Notes: a model not told the origin generated them from the sequence alone. A stretch of DNA of 64,000 nt from Cellvibrio sp. (GCA_051885175.1 JBJEWS010000010.1:264675-328674), one strand, 5' to 3'; positions 29,624 through 41,539 are shown, numbered from the stretch's first letter. Made by a program: numbers and translations.

Positions 29624-29650
29624 TTAACGACTGGTTTTAGGAAACCTTTA
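29624..29650 (-). promoter_or_regulatory. Sigma28 (FliA) promoter of fliS
   Basis: Minus strand TAAA-N15-GTCGTTAA (6/8 to GCCGATAA, exact spacing). Confidence 0.65.
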
Positions 29651-29688
29651 GGGCATTTATAAGAGTCGAACGAATAATCACAGGAGGC

Positions 29689-29716
29689 TTGCACCCGAAC
29701 GAATACTGTATATAAT
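29689..29716 (+). promoter_or_regulatory. Sigma70 promoter of lexA
   Basis: TTGCAC-N16-TATAAT, with the -10 overlapped by the first SOS box. Confidence 0.6.
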
Positions 29717-29740
29717 CACAACTACTGTATAAATAAACAG
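29706..29740. promoter_or_regulatory. Tandem LexA (SOS) boxes
   Basis: CTGTATATAATCACAA (29706-29721, 1 mismatch) and CTGTATAAATAAACAG (29725-29740, perfect CTGT-N8-ACAG). Confidence 0.92.
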
Positions 29741-29753
29741 AGATGGGCACGCT

Positions 29754-30371
29754 ATGATTTCTCTAACACCACGACAACAGCAAGTTTTAGATCTTATCAA
29801 GCAGTACTCCGATGAAACCGGTTATCCACCCACTCGCGCTGAGATAGCTCGCATTCTAGGTTTTAAATCACCTAATGCCGCCGAAGAGCACATTAAAGCC
29901 TTGGCCCGAAAAGGCGCAATTGAAATTATGCCTGGCGCATCGCGCGGAATTCGCCTTATTCCTCAAGAAAGTGATCAGCCAGAAGGGCTACCGATCATCG
30001 GCCGTGTAGCGGCGGGTAATCCTATTCTGGCAGAAGCTCATATTGACGATTACTGCACAATCCCGCCCAACTTCTTCTCACCAAGTGCCGACTTTCTGTT
30101 GCGCGTGAAAGGGATGAGCATGAAGGATATCGGTATTTTAGATGGTGATCTTCTTGCCGTTCACAGGACTGAACAAGCAACTAACGGCCAAGTCATCGTC
30201 GCTCGCATAAATGATGAGGTTACGGTTAAGCGCTATAAGCGTACTAAAAACCCGTCGATCATTGAGTTGTGGCCAGAAAACCCAGAATTCGATGTCATCA
30301 ATGTCGACTTGACCGAGCAGGAATTTGCCATTGAAGGTTTAAGTGTGGGGGTCATTCGTCGTGATTCATAA
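29754..30371 (+). CDS. lexA: SOS repressor LexA
   Basis: PPTRAEIA wHTH, VAAG cleavage site, GMSM catalytic Ser, VTVKR catalytic Lys. Confidence 0.97.
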   Translation: MISLTPRQQQVLDLIKQYSDETGYPPTRAEIARILGFKSPNAAEEHIKALARKGAIEIMPGASRGIRLIPQESDQPEGLPIIGRVAAGNPILAEAHIDDYCTIPPNFFSPSADFLLRVKGMSMKDIGILDGDLLAVHRTEQATNGQVIVARINDEVTVKRYKRTKNPSIIELWPENPEFDVINVDLTEQEFAIEGLSVGVIRRDS

Positions 30372-30762
30372 CGCAGCTATCTCATCCACGAACTCTGCTG
30401 TAACTGCATATGGTGTGACAGAGTTGATTCTTGCAGACCAATCGCAAGCTCAATTGCAATTGGTGCTTCCCATGATCTGTCACCTAACCCAACTTCAAGA
30501 TGAACGTTGGGTGACTTGGATAACCGATCGCGTCATTGATAAAAAGGCGTTAGTTGCGCTTGGTGTTAACACAAAAGTATTTAGGATATTGCCTTGCGTT
30601 AACAAAGCTGACCTTCTGTGGATTACGTGGGAGGCACTGTCGTTGGGAACCAGTCATACGGTAATCGCAGATGCTGGTAGATTGAGTGAAATAGAGATAA
30701 CTCAGTTAGAACAAGCGGCAAAACTCGGGAAAAGCCAAGGGCTCATTTTGCGTCAACGCTAA
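30361..30762 (+). CDS. sulA: Cell division inhibitor SulA
   Basis: RWVTWIT and [13 protein letters not shown] resemble Pseudomonas SulA; overlaps the lexA stop; start uncertain (GTG 30361). Confidence 0.8.
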   Translation: MIHNAAISSTNSAVTAYGVTELILADQSQAQLQLVLPMICHLTQLQDERWVTWITDRVIDKKALVALGVNTKVFRILPCVNKADLLWITWEALSLGTSHTVIADAGRLSEIEITQLEQAAKLGKSQGLILRQR

Positions 30763-30785
30763 GACCCAGGCCATGGAAGGCTCAG

Positions 30786-31037
30786 TTAGTGAAGTTGATG
30801 AATCTCATTCATCTCCTCATCGAAAAAGTCCTGATCAAAATCATCCTCATCATCGCTTGCTGCATCCATAGCGGCTTCAATCATTGCTTTGGCAATTGTG
30901 AACTTCGATTTTCCGAGTACCGATAAAGATTCTTTTGAGAAGCGAATCGTTACCAAAGGCTCTTTAAACTCGTCATCCGCACGCTTAAGCGCAATTTCAC
31001 CATTTGTTAACTCAACCAATTCGTACAATGCGGACAT
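30786..31037 (-). CDS. Small acidic conserved hypothetical protein
   Basis: LYELVELTNGEIALKRADD...EPLVTIRFS; resembles the hypothetical next to sulA in Pseudomonas. Confidence 0.7.
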   Translation of the reverse strand: MSALYELVELTNGEIALKRADDEFKEPLVTIRFSKESLSVLGKSKFTIAKAMIEAAMDAASDDEDDFDQDFFDEEMNEIHQLH

Positions 31038-31107
31038 TCACCATTACCTATGCAAAAGAATGCCTCATTCTACCATTCGATAGCGATAGATCGGCAAATT
31101 AAGCAGC

Positions 31108-31149
31108 CAGATATTAAAAAACCAGCCGAAGCTGGTTTTTTAATATCTG
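31108..31149 (-). terminator. Terminator after fadA with a 19-bp perfect stem
   Basis: CAGATATTAAAAAACCAGC-cgaa-GCTGGTTTTTTAATATCTG. Confidence 0.85.
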
Positions 31150-31158
31150 CTTTAGGTG

Positions 31159-32346
<1,188 letters not shown>

Positions 32347-34494
32347 TTAGCCGTAAAACTTTTGATTGTTGGAGGCGTGACGCTGAATATTCTCGGGAAC
32401 CTCGTATAGAGGCCCAAGATGTGCAAATGGTGCCGCAAGCGCAGCAAAGTTCGCGGCTCCCATGGAGTCAATCCAACGGAATACTCCACCTCTAAAAGGA
32501 GGGAATCCTGTACCGTACACCAAAGCCATGTCTGCCTCGGCTGCACTCTCAACAATGCCTTCTTCTAAACAGCGCGCCAATTCGGTGGCCATCGGAATCA
32601 TCATGCGAGCAACAATATCTTCGTCGGTGATCTCGATATTGCCTTCAACAATAGGCGCCAAGAGCTCCTTAACAACAGGATCAGATTTTTTGGCCAATTT
32701 GCCCTTCTTATCGAGTCCGTACTGATAAAAGCCCTGATTATTTTTTTGGCCTAAACGGCCAGCCTGATAGAGAACATCGGTGCAGGAAGTAAAATCACGC
32801 TTCATGCGTTCAGGGAAACCTTCCGCCATTACTTTTTCGGCGTGTACTGCAGTATCTATACCCACCACATCGAGTAGGTAAGCAGGCCCCATTGGCCAGC
32901 CCCATTTTTCCATGACCGAATCAATGCGCTCAAAGTCGACTCCGTCGCGAACTAACATCGCAAGACCGGCAAGATAAGGAAACAACACCCTATTAACTAA
33001 AAACCCTGGGCAATCCTTAACAACAATTGCTTTTTTGCCCATTGCGTTGGCGTAAGCCACCGTGCGCGCGATGGCGTTATCGGATGTTTTAACACCGCGA
33101 ATAACTTCAACCAAAGGCATCATGTGTACGGGGTTGAAAAAATGCATGCCGCAAAAATTTTCGGGCCGCTCTAGGGATTCCGCCAAATAAGAAATCGAAA
33201 TGGTAGAGGTGTTCGAAGCTAAAACCGTATCGGCGGTAACCTTTTTTTCAACCTCAGCAAGAACGCTTTTTTTAACATTTGGATTTTCGACTACCGCCTC
33301 AACCACGATATCGACCTGATCGAAACCATCGTAGCCCAAGGTGGGTTCGATTCGATTAAGTGCATCACCCATTTCAGCTGGTGTAAGGCGCTTGCGCTCG
33401 ACACGCTTGGAAAGAAGCTTGTTCGCTTCACTTAATCCAAGATCGATGCCCTGTTGAGCAATATCTTTCATCTTGATCGGAACACCTTTAAGTGCCGACT
33501 GATAGGCAATACCACCACCCATGATGCCAGCGCCGAGCACGGCGGCTCGCTGCACTTTTTTATCGGCTTTCTTCTCCCAACTTTTGGCTTTTTTACCAAT
33601 CAATTGATCGTTAACGAAAATACCAACAAGTGATTCCGCCACGGAGGTTTGCGCCATTTTGGCAAAACCTTCAGCTTCGATTTGCAAAGCTTCTTCCCGA
33701 CCTTTATCAGCCGCTTTCTGCATCGCCTTAATCGCTGACACGGGTGAAGGATAGTTCCGCCCTGCTTGCGCACCCACAAAAGCTTTAGACGTCTCAAAAG
33801 CCATAATGGATTCAATAAAATTCAATTTGAGGGGTGATTTTTTATCGCCACGACGTGTTTGATAGTCGAGCTTCCCATCAATGAGTAACCGGAGAAGGTC
33901 GCGAGCAGCTTGTTGTAGATTATCTTGGCTGACTACTGCGTCGACTACTCGGGCTTTAAGAGCATCTTCGGCCGAATGCTCTTTACCGCCAGCAATCCAT
34001 TCCACTGCCACCTCAAGCCCAGCCAATCGAGGCAATCGGACGGTACCGCCCCAGCCGGGGAAGATGCCAAGTTTAGTTTCTGGCAAGCCAAGTTTGCTTC
34101 CTGTAGTCGCCACACGATAGTCACAGGCAAGCGTCAATTCCATTCCGCCGCCCAAGGCATAGCCATTGATGGCCACAACTGTTGGAAAAGGTAAATCCTC
34201 GAGGCGATTAAAATTTTGATTATTTTTAGCCAGATGTTCGGTGATTTTATCGGGACCTTCAGCAAACACTTTGCCGAATTCCATAATATCAGCGCCGACT
34301 ACGAATGCTTCTTTACCACTCGATAACAAAAGGCCTTTCACACCTTCAGCTTTCTCGAGAATATCGAGTACAGCGCTTAGCTCGTTGACGGTCTGAACAT
34401 TAAATTTATTGACCGACTCACCTTGTAAGTCGATGACAAGCGATGCAATGCCATCAGAATCGAGCTTTAGCGAGAGGGAATTTCCTTGAAACAT
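32347..34494 (-). CDS. fadB: Fatty acid oxidation complex alpha subunit
   Basis: Crotonase domain (ALGGGME, PETKLG), GAGIMGGG and GMHFFNPV. Confidence 0.96.
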   Translation of the reverse strand: MFQGNSLSLKLDSDGIASLVIDLQGESVNKFNVQTVNELSAVLDILEKAEGVKGLLLSSGKEAFVVGADIMEFGKVFAEGPDKITEHLAKNNQNFNRLEDLPFPTVVAINGYALGGGMELTLACDYRVATTGSKLGLPETKLGIFPGWGGTVRLPRLAGLEVAVEWIAGGKEHSAEDALKARVVDAVVSQDNLQQAARDLLRLLIDGKLDYQTRRGDKKSPLKLNFIESIMAFETSKAFVGAQAGRNYPSPVSAIKAMQKAADKGREEALQIEAEGFAKMAQTSVAESLVGIFVNDQLIGKKAKSWEKKADKKVQRAAVLGAGIMGGGIAYQSALKGVPIKMKDIAQQGIDLGLSEANKLLSKRVERKRLTPAEMGDALNRIEPTLGYDGFDQVDIVVEAVVENPNVKKSVLAEVEKKVTADTVLASNTSTISISYLAESLERPENFCGMHFFNPVHMMPLVEVIRGVKTSDNAIARTVAYANAMGKKAIVVKDCPGFLVNRVLFPYLAGLAMLVRDGVDFERIDSVMEKWGWPMGPAYLLDVVGIDTAVHAEKVMAEGFPERMKRDFTSCTDVLYQAGRLGQKNNQGFYQYGLDKKGKLAKKSDPVVKELLAPIVEGNIEITDEDIVARMMIPMATELARCLEEGIVESAAEADMALVYGTGFPPFRGGVFRWIDSMGAANFAALAAPFAHLGPLYEVPENIQRHASNNQKFYG

Positions 34495-34664
34495 ATGGTA
34501 TCTCTCTTGATATCGTTATGAATAACTCAACTGCACACTGGCAGCACCTAAGCTTTTTGTAACTCTGGAAGTCTAGCAGGCTACTTCACATTACCAAGGT
34601 TGGCAAACACAAGCATCGTTGCGATTTGAAGTGTCACCAAGCGGAACGCAAGTTCAAAAAACAA

Positions 34665-35243
34665 TCAAGTAAGGCACAATCGAGTCGTCTTTCTTCCTTG
34701 CTGGATAAAACAGAAAAACTCTCCGGGCGCAAATGAAAATACATCGCCCTGTGTTAGATAATATTCGCCCGAGGTTGTCGTCACTAAAGCGTCACCAATC
34801 AGTACACTACCGACCACTTGGCGCTCACCAGCGGCTAATAGAGGCGAGGTAGAGGCGTCGAATAGTGTAATAAATTGACATTCGCGTGCAGTGGCGCCTG
34901 CACCAAAGGTACGCGGTTCGATAATACACTCACCCGTCTTGGGCGAAAGCTGTGCACTAAGAGAAGGCAGTGATTGGGAATCGTCGAGCTTAACTAACGA
35001 AACCGGCGATGGATTAGTCGATCTGAAGAAATCCTGAGGCGACACAGAGAGCGCATTTAAAATGCGATTGATTGATTGAATGCTTGGGCTAACCTGCCCC
35101 TGCTCAATCATGGAAATGTTGCTGTGGGTAATGCCTGAACGCTTTGCGAGCTCCCGTTGGGAGAATCCTTGTATTTCCCGCAATTGTTTAAGGCGGTTAC
35201 CAACAAACTCGAGACTAATGTCGTTAGAAGAAGGTGGCATCAC
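34665..35243 (-). CDS. XRE-HTH plus cupin transcriptional regulator
   Basis: RLKQLRE...SQRELAKRSGITHSNISMIEQGQVSPS HTH; cupin-like C-terminus. Confidence 0.85.
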   Translation of the reverse strand: MMPPSSNDISLEFVGNRLKQLREIQGFSQRELAKRSGITHSNISMIEQGQVSPSIQSINRILNALSVSPQDFFRSTNPSPVSLVKLDDSQSLPSLSAQLSPKTGECIIEPRTFGAGATARECQFITLFDASTSPLLAAGERQVVGSVLIGDALVTTTSGEYYLTQGDVFSFAPGEFFCFIQQGRKTTRLCLT

Positions 35244-35310
35244 AGTATCGTCCTTAACGATCGCGAATTCGTTTCGCGATAACTGCTGTGATTAAAAAAA
35301 CCTCGCCCAC

Positions 35311-35679
35311 TTATTTTTGTGGTTTGGAAGCTAGCAAGTTCTCGCGCTCAATAGTGGGTAGATTATCGATAATCAGTTGGTACGAATGATCGATCATACG
35401 CTGAATTTGAATCGAAGGAATACTGCCATCTAACATTACAGTGTTCCAATGTTTTTTATTCATTTGGAAACCAGGTCGCACCGCAGGATACTGTTCACGC
35501 AATTGAATAGCCAAATCGGGATCGCACTTAAGGCTTACACGTGGAGCACCGCCTTCAGCAGTCAAGGTGGCGAACATTTTGTGGCACACTTTATAAACAG
35601 CAATGTCAGGGCTTGCTGGAAACATTTCTTTTGCTTGATGCTTTTCTAACAAATATTTTTGAACCGAAATAAAATCCAT
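35311..35679 (-). CDS. MmcQ/YjbR family protein
   Basis: YKVCHKMFA, LKCDP and MNKKHWNTV motifs; start at MDFIS after RBS AAGGA. Confidence 0.88.
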   Translation of the reverse strand: MDFISVQKYLLEKHQAKEMFPASPDIAVYKVCHKMFATLTAEGGAPRVSLKCDPDLAIQLREQYPAVRPGFQMNKKHWNTVMLDGSIPSIQIQRMIDHSYQLIIDNLPTIERENLLASKPQK

Positions 35680-35811
35680 GATGTATTCCTTGATCGACCA
35701 CTCAGGCCGAGAGTAAACCACAATCACTTAGAAGCAAGCCCAACTAAAAAGTTGGTGACGAATCATCAAGTGAGTTACAACATATATAGCGGAAAACTGC
35801 CCTACTGCTGG

Positions 35812-36390
35812 CTAATTTAACAAGACAGTATCGGTCATAGTTCCCCAACTAATTACCCTGCTAGGCAAGGATGCAAAGATGCCAGGAAGATTGACAGGAT
35901 CAACTCCTGTTGCTACGGCGTAATCTGCATCGGCCACCGTAGAAATGACATTCAAATTCATGTCGAAAAGATCGATGAGCTTTTCATCCGCGCCGGACAA
36001 AAAACGATTCCAATAATCTTCCTGGACAATATATCCCTGCATAAACCCTCGCGCCCACTGCTCAAGTGTTTGCCGTTCTTCATGGTTTTGAGTATAGACC
36101 GCATCAAATGGGAAGCTACAATCTCTCACTCCAAGCTCTTGCTTGTGAAAGATGAAAAGATGCTCAATTTGAGGTTTAACAGACCGCGAAGATGCCTCGA
36201 TCAAAACTTCTTCGTTGTCGTTAAATATCAGATTATACCATTGTGTCGATAAGCTTTCAGCTGTAATTGCGAGCGCTCGCAAAAAACCATCCAACTGATA
36301 AATGTTCATAACCTGTTGGGCCTCGTACCTTTTGAGGAACTCAACGAGGCTTCGATAATTGTTAAAGTTTCGTAAAGACATTTCGCTCAT
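35812..36390 (-). CDS. UPF0149/YecA-like protein
   Basis: LDGFLRAL and WARGFMQG motifs; start at MSEMS, 4 bp after the malic enzyme stop. Confidence 0.65.
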   Translation of the reverse strand: MSEMSLRNFNNYRSLVEFLKRYEAQQVMNIYQLDGFLRALAITAESLSTQWYNLIFNDNEEVLIEASSRSVKPQIEHLFIFHKQELGVRDCSFPFDAVYTQNHEERQTLEQWARGFMQGYIVQEDYWNRFLSGADEKLIDLFDMNLNVISTVADADYAVATGVDPVNLPGIFASLPSRVISWGTMTDTVLLN

Positions 36391-36394
36391 AATT

Positions 36395-38077
36395 CTAAAA
36401 AGACGTTCGCCGATACTCACGGTACTCAGGCTGCCAAAATGCCGCATCGATTTGCTCAGCAATCAGCTCCTCGGGAATCGCCATGGCGACACCATTTTCA
36501 ATCGCCTGAAGAATTAGAGCATGAGCAATTCGCTTACTGACTTCACGGATTGAGTCCAAAGGTGGCAGTATCGCCCCATTTTGAGCCGTTGTTGCCGATA
36601 GTTCTGCCAGAGCCACGCTGGCTGCCATCAACATATCGTCGGTAATACGAGAAATCTTAGCCGTAATGACCGCAAGCCCTATGGCAGGGAAAATATAACT
36701 GTTATTGCACTGCGAAATCTCAACCGCTGTGCCATCAATCACAACAGGTGGGAACGGGCTTCCTGTCGCAACCATAGCCTGCCCCGAAGTCCAGCGCAAA
36801 ACGTCTGCAGGGACGGCCTCGACTTGAGACGTAGGATTTGATAGCGGCAGAATAATCGGTCGGTCACACGCCGCATGCATGCTGGTGATTAATGCTTCAG
36901 TAAAAATCCCCTGCTGCCCCGAAACGCCGATCAAGATCGTTGGCTTGACTAAAGACACAACATTTTTGAGTGTTAAGGGCAAGCGCTCAGGATTTATGCT
37001 ATCAACCTGACTTGCCGATTGCGCGAACGGCTTTTGAAACTCCATTAGGTGATCAGAGTTTTCCGTTAGGAGTCCATGTGCATCACAAAGGAAAACGCGC
37101 GCACGCGCCTCAGCCAAACTCAAGCCTTCACGAACCATTTGCTTGATGACGTAATCTGCAATTCCGCAACCAGCTGACCCTGCACCGGCAAAGACCACCA
37201 CTTGTTCCGAAAGTTTCTCGCCTTTACGCTTTGTTGCGGCCAGAAGCGTGCCTAAAGCGACACTCGCTGTGCCTTGGATATCATCATTAAAGCAACAGAG
37301 CTCGTTGCGATACCTATGCAATAAAGGGGTAGCATGAACGCCGGAAAAATCTTCAAACTGCAACAATACGTCTGGCCAGCGCAATTTTACAGCCTGAATA
37401 AATTCATCAACAAATGCGTAGTACTCATCATTCGAGATGCGAGGGTGCCGCCAACCCATATACATAGGATCGTTCAAAAGCGCCTCATTGTTGGTACCCA
37501 CATCAAGTGTGACCGGCAAAGTGTAAGCGGGACTAATGCCTCCGCAAGCCGTATATAAAGCTAACTTTCCGATGGGGATTCCCATTCCACCAATACCTTG
37601 GTCACCCAGTCCGAGAATTCTTTCACCATCAGTAACTACAATCACCTTAACCGTCTGCTTGGTGGCGTTTTGCAGCATGTCATCCATGCGATCTCGGTCG
37701 GGGTAATTGATAAACAAGCCCCGCTTACGCCGGTATATTTTTGAAAATTGCTGGCACGCCAGCCCGACCGTGGGCGTGTAAATCAGAGACATAATTTCGG
37801 TAAGATGCTCCGAGACTAATCGAAAGTACAATGTCTCGTTAGTGTCTTGAATATTGCGCAAATAAATATGCTTATCCATCGGATCGGTAAACGCACACAA
37901 CTGTTCGTACGCGCGGGCTTTTTGTTCCTCGATCGTTTCGATGGCGTAAGGCAACAAACCTTCAAGATTAAATTGTTGGCGTTCGCGCTCCGAGAAGGCA
38001 CTACCTTTATTGAGTAGGGGTGCTTCTAACAAAGCGGGACCGGCGAAAGGAATATAGATGGGACGTTTTTTAAGCAT
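36395..38077 (-). CDS. maeA: NAD-dependent malic enzyme
   Basis: [26 protein letters not shown] and PLSNPT motifs. Confidence 0.95.
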   Translation of the reverse strand: MLKKRPIYIPFAGPALLEAPLLNKGSAFSERERQQFNLEGLLPYAIETIEEQKARAYEQLCAFTDPMDKHIYLRNIQDTNETLYFRLVSEHLTEIMSLIYTPTVGLACQQFSKIYRRKRGLFINYPDRDRMDDMLQNATKQTVKVIVVTDGERILGLGDQGIGGMGIPIGKLALYTACGGISPAYTLPVTLDVGTNNEALLNDPMYMGWRHPRISNDEYYAFVDEFIQAVKLRWPDVLLQFEDFSGVHATPLLHRYRNELCCFNDDIQGTASVALGTLLAATKRKGEKLSEQVVVFAGAGSAGCGIADYVIKQMVREGLSLAEARARVFLCDAHGLLTENSDHLMEFQKPFAQSASQVDSINPERLPLTLKNVVSLVKPTILIGVSGQQGIFTEALITSMHAACDRPIILPLSNPTSQVEAVPADVLRWTSGQAMVATGSPFPPVVIDGTAVEISQCNNSYIFPAIGLAVITAKISRITDDMLMAASVALAELSATTAQNGAILPPLDSIREVSKRIAHALILQAIENGVAMAIPEELIAEQIDAAFWQPEYREYRRTSF

Positions 38078-38200
38078 AAACTTTACTGATCCGTGCAATA
38101 ATTTTACGCTGCAACCTTAGCTTATATAATGACTTACAACCAGCTTGCGCGAATAACAATCCCAAGCTAGCGCATCTATCTATATTCTTAGAGACCCAAA

Positions 38201-38548
38201 ATGGATCTATTAGCATTTATCGAGAAGTTAAAGAAAACTCCAGAGCTCGTCCAATTCAGAGAAACCATCGAAGTGATAGACACCCAATATGACTTTGTGG
38301 AAACAGAATTCACCAACCATCTTATTCACAATGCTGCGGGCCAAAATAATGGTTCGTGCAAAATTTTTAGTTTTGGAAAATTAAACAAGCTCACTAAAGA
38401 CGAGACTCTAGCCTGCTTCGGAGATTACTACCGTGAAGACGTTTTAAAAAACCCAAACGGTGAAGATCACCAAAATATCCGCAATTTTATCCTTGCTGGT
38501 TGGGACGGGATTTCATTTGCTCAATCAGCGCTCAGGTTACGAGGCTAG
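38201..38548 (+). CDS. HopJ-family protein
   Basis: GQNNGSCKIFSF, FGDYYR and HQNIRNF motifs. Confidence 0.8.
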   Translation: MDLLAFIEKLKKTPELVQFRETIEVIDTQYDFVETEFTNHLIHNAAGQNNGSCKIFSFGKLNKLTKDETLACFGDYYREDVLKNPNGEDHQNIRNFILAGWDGISFAQSALRLRG

Positions 38549-38550
38549 TT

Positions 38551-38973
38551 ATGTGGTTCCAGAAAGAAATTACTCTCAAACCGCGCGCTCGAGGTTTTCA
38601 CCTCATCACTCACGAAATCATTTCGCAGCTACCGGAGCTACAGCAGATCGATGTTGGGTTATTGAACATTCTTATAAAACATACCTCCGCGTCGATCACC
38701 ATTAATGAAAATGCCGACCCTGATGTTCGAATCGATTTTGAAAGTTTTTTTAATCACACCGTACGAGAAAACGAGCCTTACTACGTACATACGATCGAAG
38801 GCCCAGACGATATGCCCGCGCATTTAAAATCGAGCATTCTGGGAGCCAGTTTGAATATTCCCATAAGCGATGGGCGACTAAACCTTGGAACTTGGCAAGG
38901 TATCTACTTGTGCGAACATCGCGATCATGGCGGACCACGGCGTTTAGTCCTGACTTTGATGGGTGAGAAATAA
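38551..38973 (+). CDS. yjbQ: YjbQ/UPF0047 protein
   Basis: HTSASITINENADP, HLKSSILG and GTWQGIYLCEH motifs; start at MWFQK. Confidence 0.92.
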   Translation: MWFQKEITLKPRARGFHLITHEIISQLPELQQIDVGLLNILIKHTSASITINENADPDVRIDFESFFNHTVRENEPYYVHTIEGPDDMPAHLKSSILGASLNIPISDGRLNLGTWQGIYLCEHRDHGGPRRLVLTLMGEK

Positions 38974-39004
38974 AAATAAACCCCGCATTGCGGGGTTTAT
39001 TTTT
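38974..39004. terminator. Bidirectional terminator between yjbQ and ffh
   Basis: AAAATAAACCCCGC-att-GCGGGGTTTATTTT. Confidence 0.85.
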
Positions 39005-40394
39005 ATTTCATGAAGCCAGGTGGAAGTCCGCCGCCGGGTGGCATACCGCCAGGAAGAATACCTCCCAAACCTCGCATCATTTTTTGCATTCCACCACCTT
39101 TCATCTTGCCCATCATTTTCGCCATTTGCTTGTATTGCTTAAGCAGGCGATTGAGATCTTGAATAGTGGTGCCAGACCCTTGTGTAATGCGGCGCTTGCG
39201 AGAACCGCTCAAATCGTCTGGGTTACGACGCTCTTCGGGTGTCATGGAATTGATAATCGCTTCCATGGTTTTAAACTGCTTATTCATCATGTCATTTTGA
39301 GTGGCCATTTGCGCGATATTACCCATGCCAGGTAATTTATCGAGCATAGACGTTAATCCACCCATGTTTTTCATTTGCAACAATTGGTCACGCAAATCTT
39401 CTAAATCGAATTTTTGACCTTTAGTCACCTTCTTGATGAGCTTTTCTGCTTTCGCCTTGTCAACATTGCGCTCTACCTGCTCAATCAATGAGAGTACATC
39501 GCCCATGCCTAAAATTCGCGATGCCACGCGATCGGGGTGGAATGGCTCAAGCGCATCAACCTTCTCACCGACACCTAAAAACTTAATCGGCTTGCCTGTG
39601 ATGTGACGCACCGACAATGCAGCCCCGCCACGTGCATCGCCGTCGGCCTTGGTTAAGATCACACCAGTAAGTGGCAGCGCATCATTAAAGGCCTTTGCAG
39701 TATTCACTGCGTCTTGACCAATCATGGCGTCGATGACAAACAAGGTTTCAATTGGGTTTAAGGCAGCATGAAGGTCTTTAATTTCATGCATCAATTCTTC
39801 ATCGACGTGTAAACGACCCGCCGTATCCACAATCAAAACATCGAAAAATTGCTTCTTGGCATGTGCCAACGCGTTGTTCGCGATATCAACCGGCTTTTGA
39901 TCGCCACTCGATGGGAAAAACTCAACCTCAACCTCAGCAGCCAAGGTTTCAAGCTGCTTGATTGCAGCAGGACGATAAACGTCCGCACTCACGACCAACA
40001 CTTTCTTTTTCTCTCTGTCTTTTAGAAAGCGCGCGAGCTTAGCAACTGAAGTGGTTTTACCTGCTCCTTGAAGACCAGCCATCATCACAATCGCCGGTGG
40101 CTGTTGAGCTAAATTCAAGGTCTCATTGGCGCTACCCATAGTAGCAACTAACTCGGCCTCAACAATTTTGAGAAATTGTTGCCCTGGATTAAGTGCTTTA
40201 CTGATTTGTTGACCAAGCGCTTGACTGCGCACTTGATCAATAAATGATTTAACAACAGGTAAGGCTACGTCGGCTTCTAGAAGTGCCTTTCGTACGTCAC
40301 GCAAAGCATCTTTAATGTTATCTTCGCTTAAACGTGCCTTACCGGTAAGGCCTCTTAGCGTCTGAGACAGACGATCTGATAGATTCTCAAACAT
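39003..40394 (-). CDS. ffh: Signal recognition particle protein Ffh
   Basis: GLQGAGKTT, DTAGR, TKADGD and a Met-rich M domain. Confidence 0.97.
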   Translation of the reverse strand: MFENLSDRLSQTLRGLTGKARLSEDNIKDALRDVRKALLEADVALPVVKSFIDQVRSQALGQQISKALNPGQQFLKIVEAELVATMGSANETLNLAQQPPAIVMMAGLQGAGKTTSVAKLARFLKDREKKKVLVVSADVYRPAAIKQLETLAAEVEVEFFPSSGDQKPVDIANNALAHAKKQFFDVLIVDTAGRLHVDEELMHEIKDLHAALNPIETLFVIDAMIGQDAVNTAKAFNDALPLTGVILTKADGDARGGAALSVRHITGKPIKFLGVGEKVDALEPFHPDRVASRILGMGDVLSLIEQVERNVDKAKAEKLIKKVTKGQKFDLEDLRDQLLQMKNMGGLTSMLDKLPGMGNIAQMATQNDMMNKQFKTMEAIINSMTPEERRNPDDLSGSRKRRITQGSGTTIQDLNRLLKQYKQMAKMMGKMKGGGMQKMMRGLGGILPGGMPPGGGLPPGFMK

Positions 40395-40688
40395 ATATAT
40401 TCTCGTCGATGAACGTCTAGTGGCTCATTAAGAGCGTCCAGATTCAAAAGGAGTAGGCGTATCTAGCCTAATTACATGAAAATTGGAGCGCATTATACCT
40501 ATATTTAAAGGATTGCAGAGCCATACCGTCGGTTTTTAAATTAACTCACCGCCACCCTAAAGAAGAACCCTTCTCATTTACTTCTCTTTAAGGCCAACTT
40601 GTGACACACTGACGAACAGTCGATTTTGAGGGAAAGCAACAAAAATCGACGCCACCAGTCTCAATGTGAATTTGTTTTGGCAACAACT

Positions 40689-41498
40689 ATGAATTTGGAT
40701 CCTCAATTAACACTGATTGCGAATTGGATTGCCTTTGTTCTCTACGGACTGGGCGCCATTGCACTTATTGTTAACTTTATCAAGCAGCGACCTATCGCGA
40801 CCAAACCTCTCGCGATCTACACAGGGCTAACACTGGTTATTCATGCCCTGGGCATCCATGGCATGAGCCTCACACCTAACGGGTTTTATTTGTCGTTTTT
40901 TGGCGTGGCATCGCTAATATTTTGGCTCATCAACAGCATCGTGTTTTTAAGCAGTTTTAAAAAGCCTTTACATAATTTATTCATTTTACTTTATCCATTT
41001 ACGGCACTTTGTTTGGCCTCCACTTTAGCCACGCGAGTTGTTTCAGAACCTCAATTATTAAGCTACTCCATTGCAAGTCACGTTATTTTATCGATTCTGG
41101 CCTACAGCTTATTGATGATCGCAAGCCTACAGGCCGTTATTCTTGCCTATCAAAATCACAAGTTACGCCACAAACAATTGGGCAAACAGCAAAGCCTACT
41201 GCCGCCATTAATGACAATGGAATCACTACTCTTTGAATTTATCTGGGTAGGGGTAATCTGCCTTACTTTTGCGATTATTTCTGGGTTTTGGTTCCTCGAT
41301 AATATGTTTGCCCAGCATCTCGCACACAAAACCATCTTCTCGATTATTGCGTGGTTTATTTACACCACTCTATTGGCTGGACGAGTTACTCAAGGCTGGC
41401 GCGGGTATAAAGCGATCCGCTGGACGCTGGTCGGCTTCTTATTTTTAATGCTCGCCTATTTCGGTTCAAGATTTGTCCTCGAGCTGCTCTTATCCTGA
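40689..41498 (+). CDS. ypjD: CcsA/YpjD family inner membrane protein
   Basis: About 8 TMs; HKTIFSIIAW and GWRG motifs; divergent from ffh as in other gammaproteobacteria. Confidence 0.88.
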   Translation: MNLDPQLTLIANWIAFVLYGLGAIALIVNFIKQRPIATKPLAIYTGLTLVIHALGIHGMSLTPNGFYLSFFGVASLIFWLINSIVFLSSFKKPLHNLFILLYPFTALCLASTLATRVVSEPQLLSYSIASHVILSILAYSLLMIASLQAVILAYQNHKLRHKQLGKQQSLLPPLMTMESLLFEFIWVGVICLTFAIISGFWFLDNMFAQHLAHKTIFSIIAWFIYTTLLAGRVTQGWRGYKAIRWTLVGFLFLMLAYFGSRFVLELLLS

Positions 41499-41509
41499 TA
41501 GATCAGTAA

Positions 41510-41539
41510 TAAAAAAACCGCCTTTCGGCGGTTTTTTTA
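41510..41539. terminator. Bidirectional terminator after ypjD
   Basis: AAAAAAACCGCC-tttc-GGCGGTTTTTTT. Confidence 0.85.

Noticed and set aside
29667-29705. Direct repeat CGAACGAATA twice upstream of lexA
   Set aside because: A few such 10-mer near-repeats are expected by chance in 64 kb, and it does not match the gammaproteobacterial LexA box, which is already present
38201-38548. HopJ as evidence of a virulence type III secretion system
   Set aside because: The only T3SS-like genes here are flagellar, and the family name alone does not imply secretion
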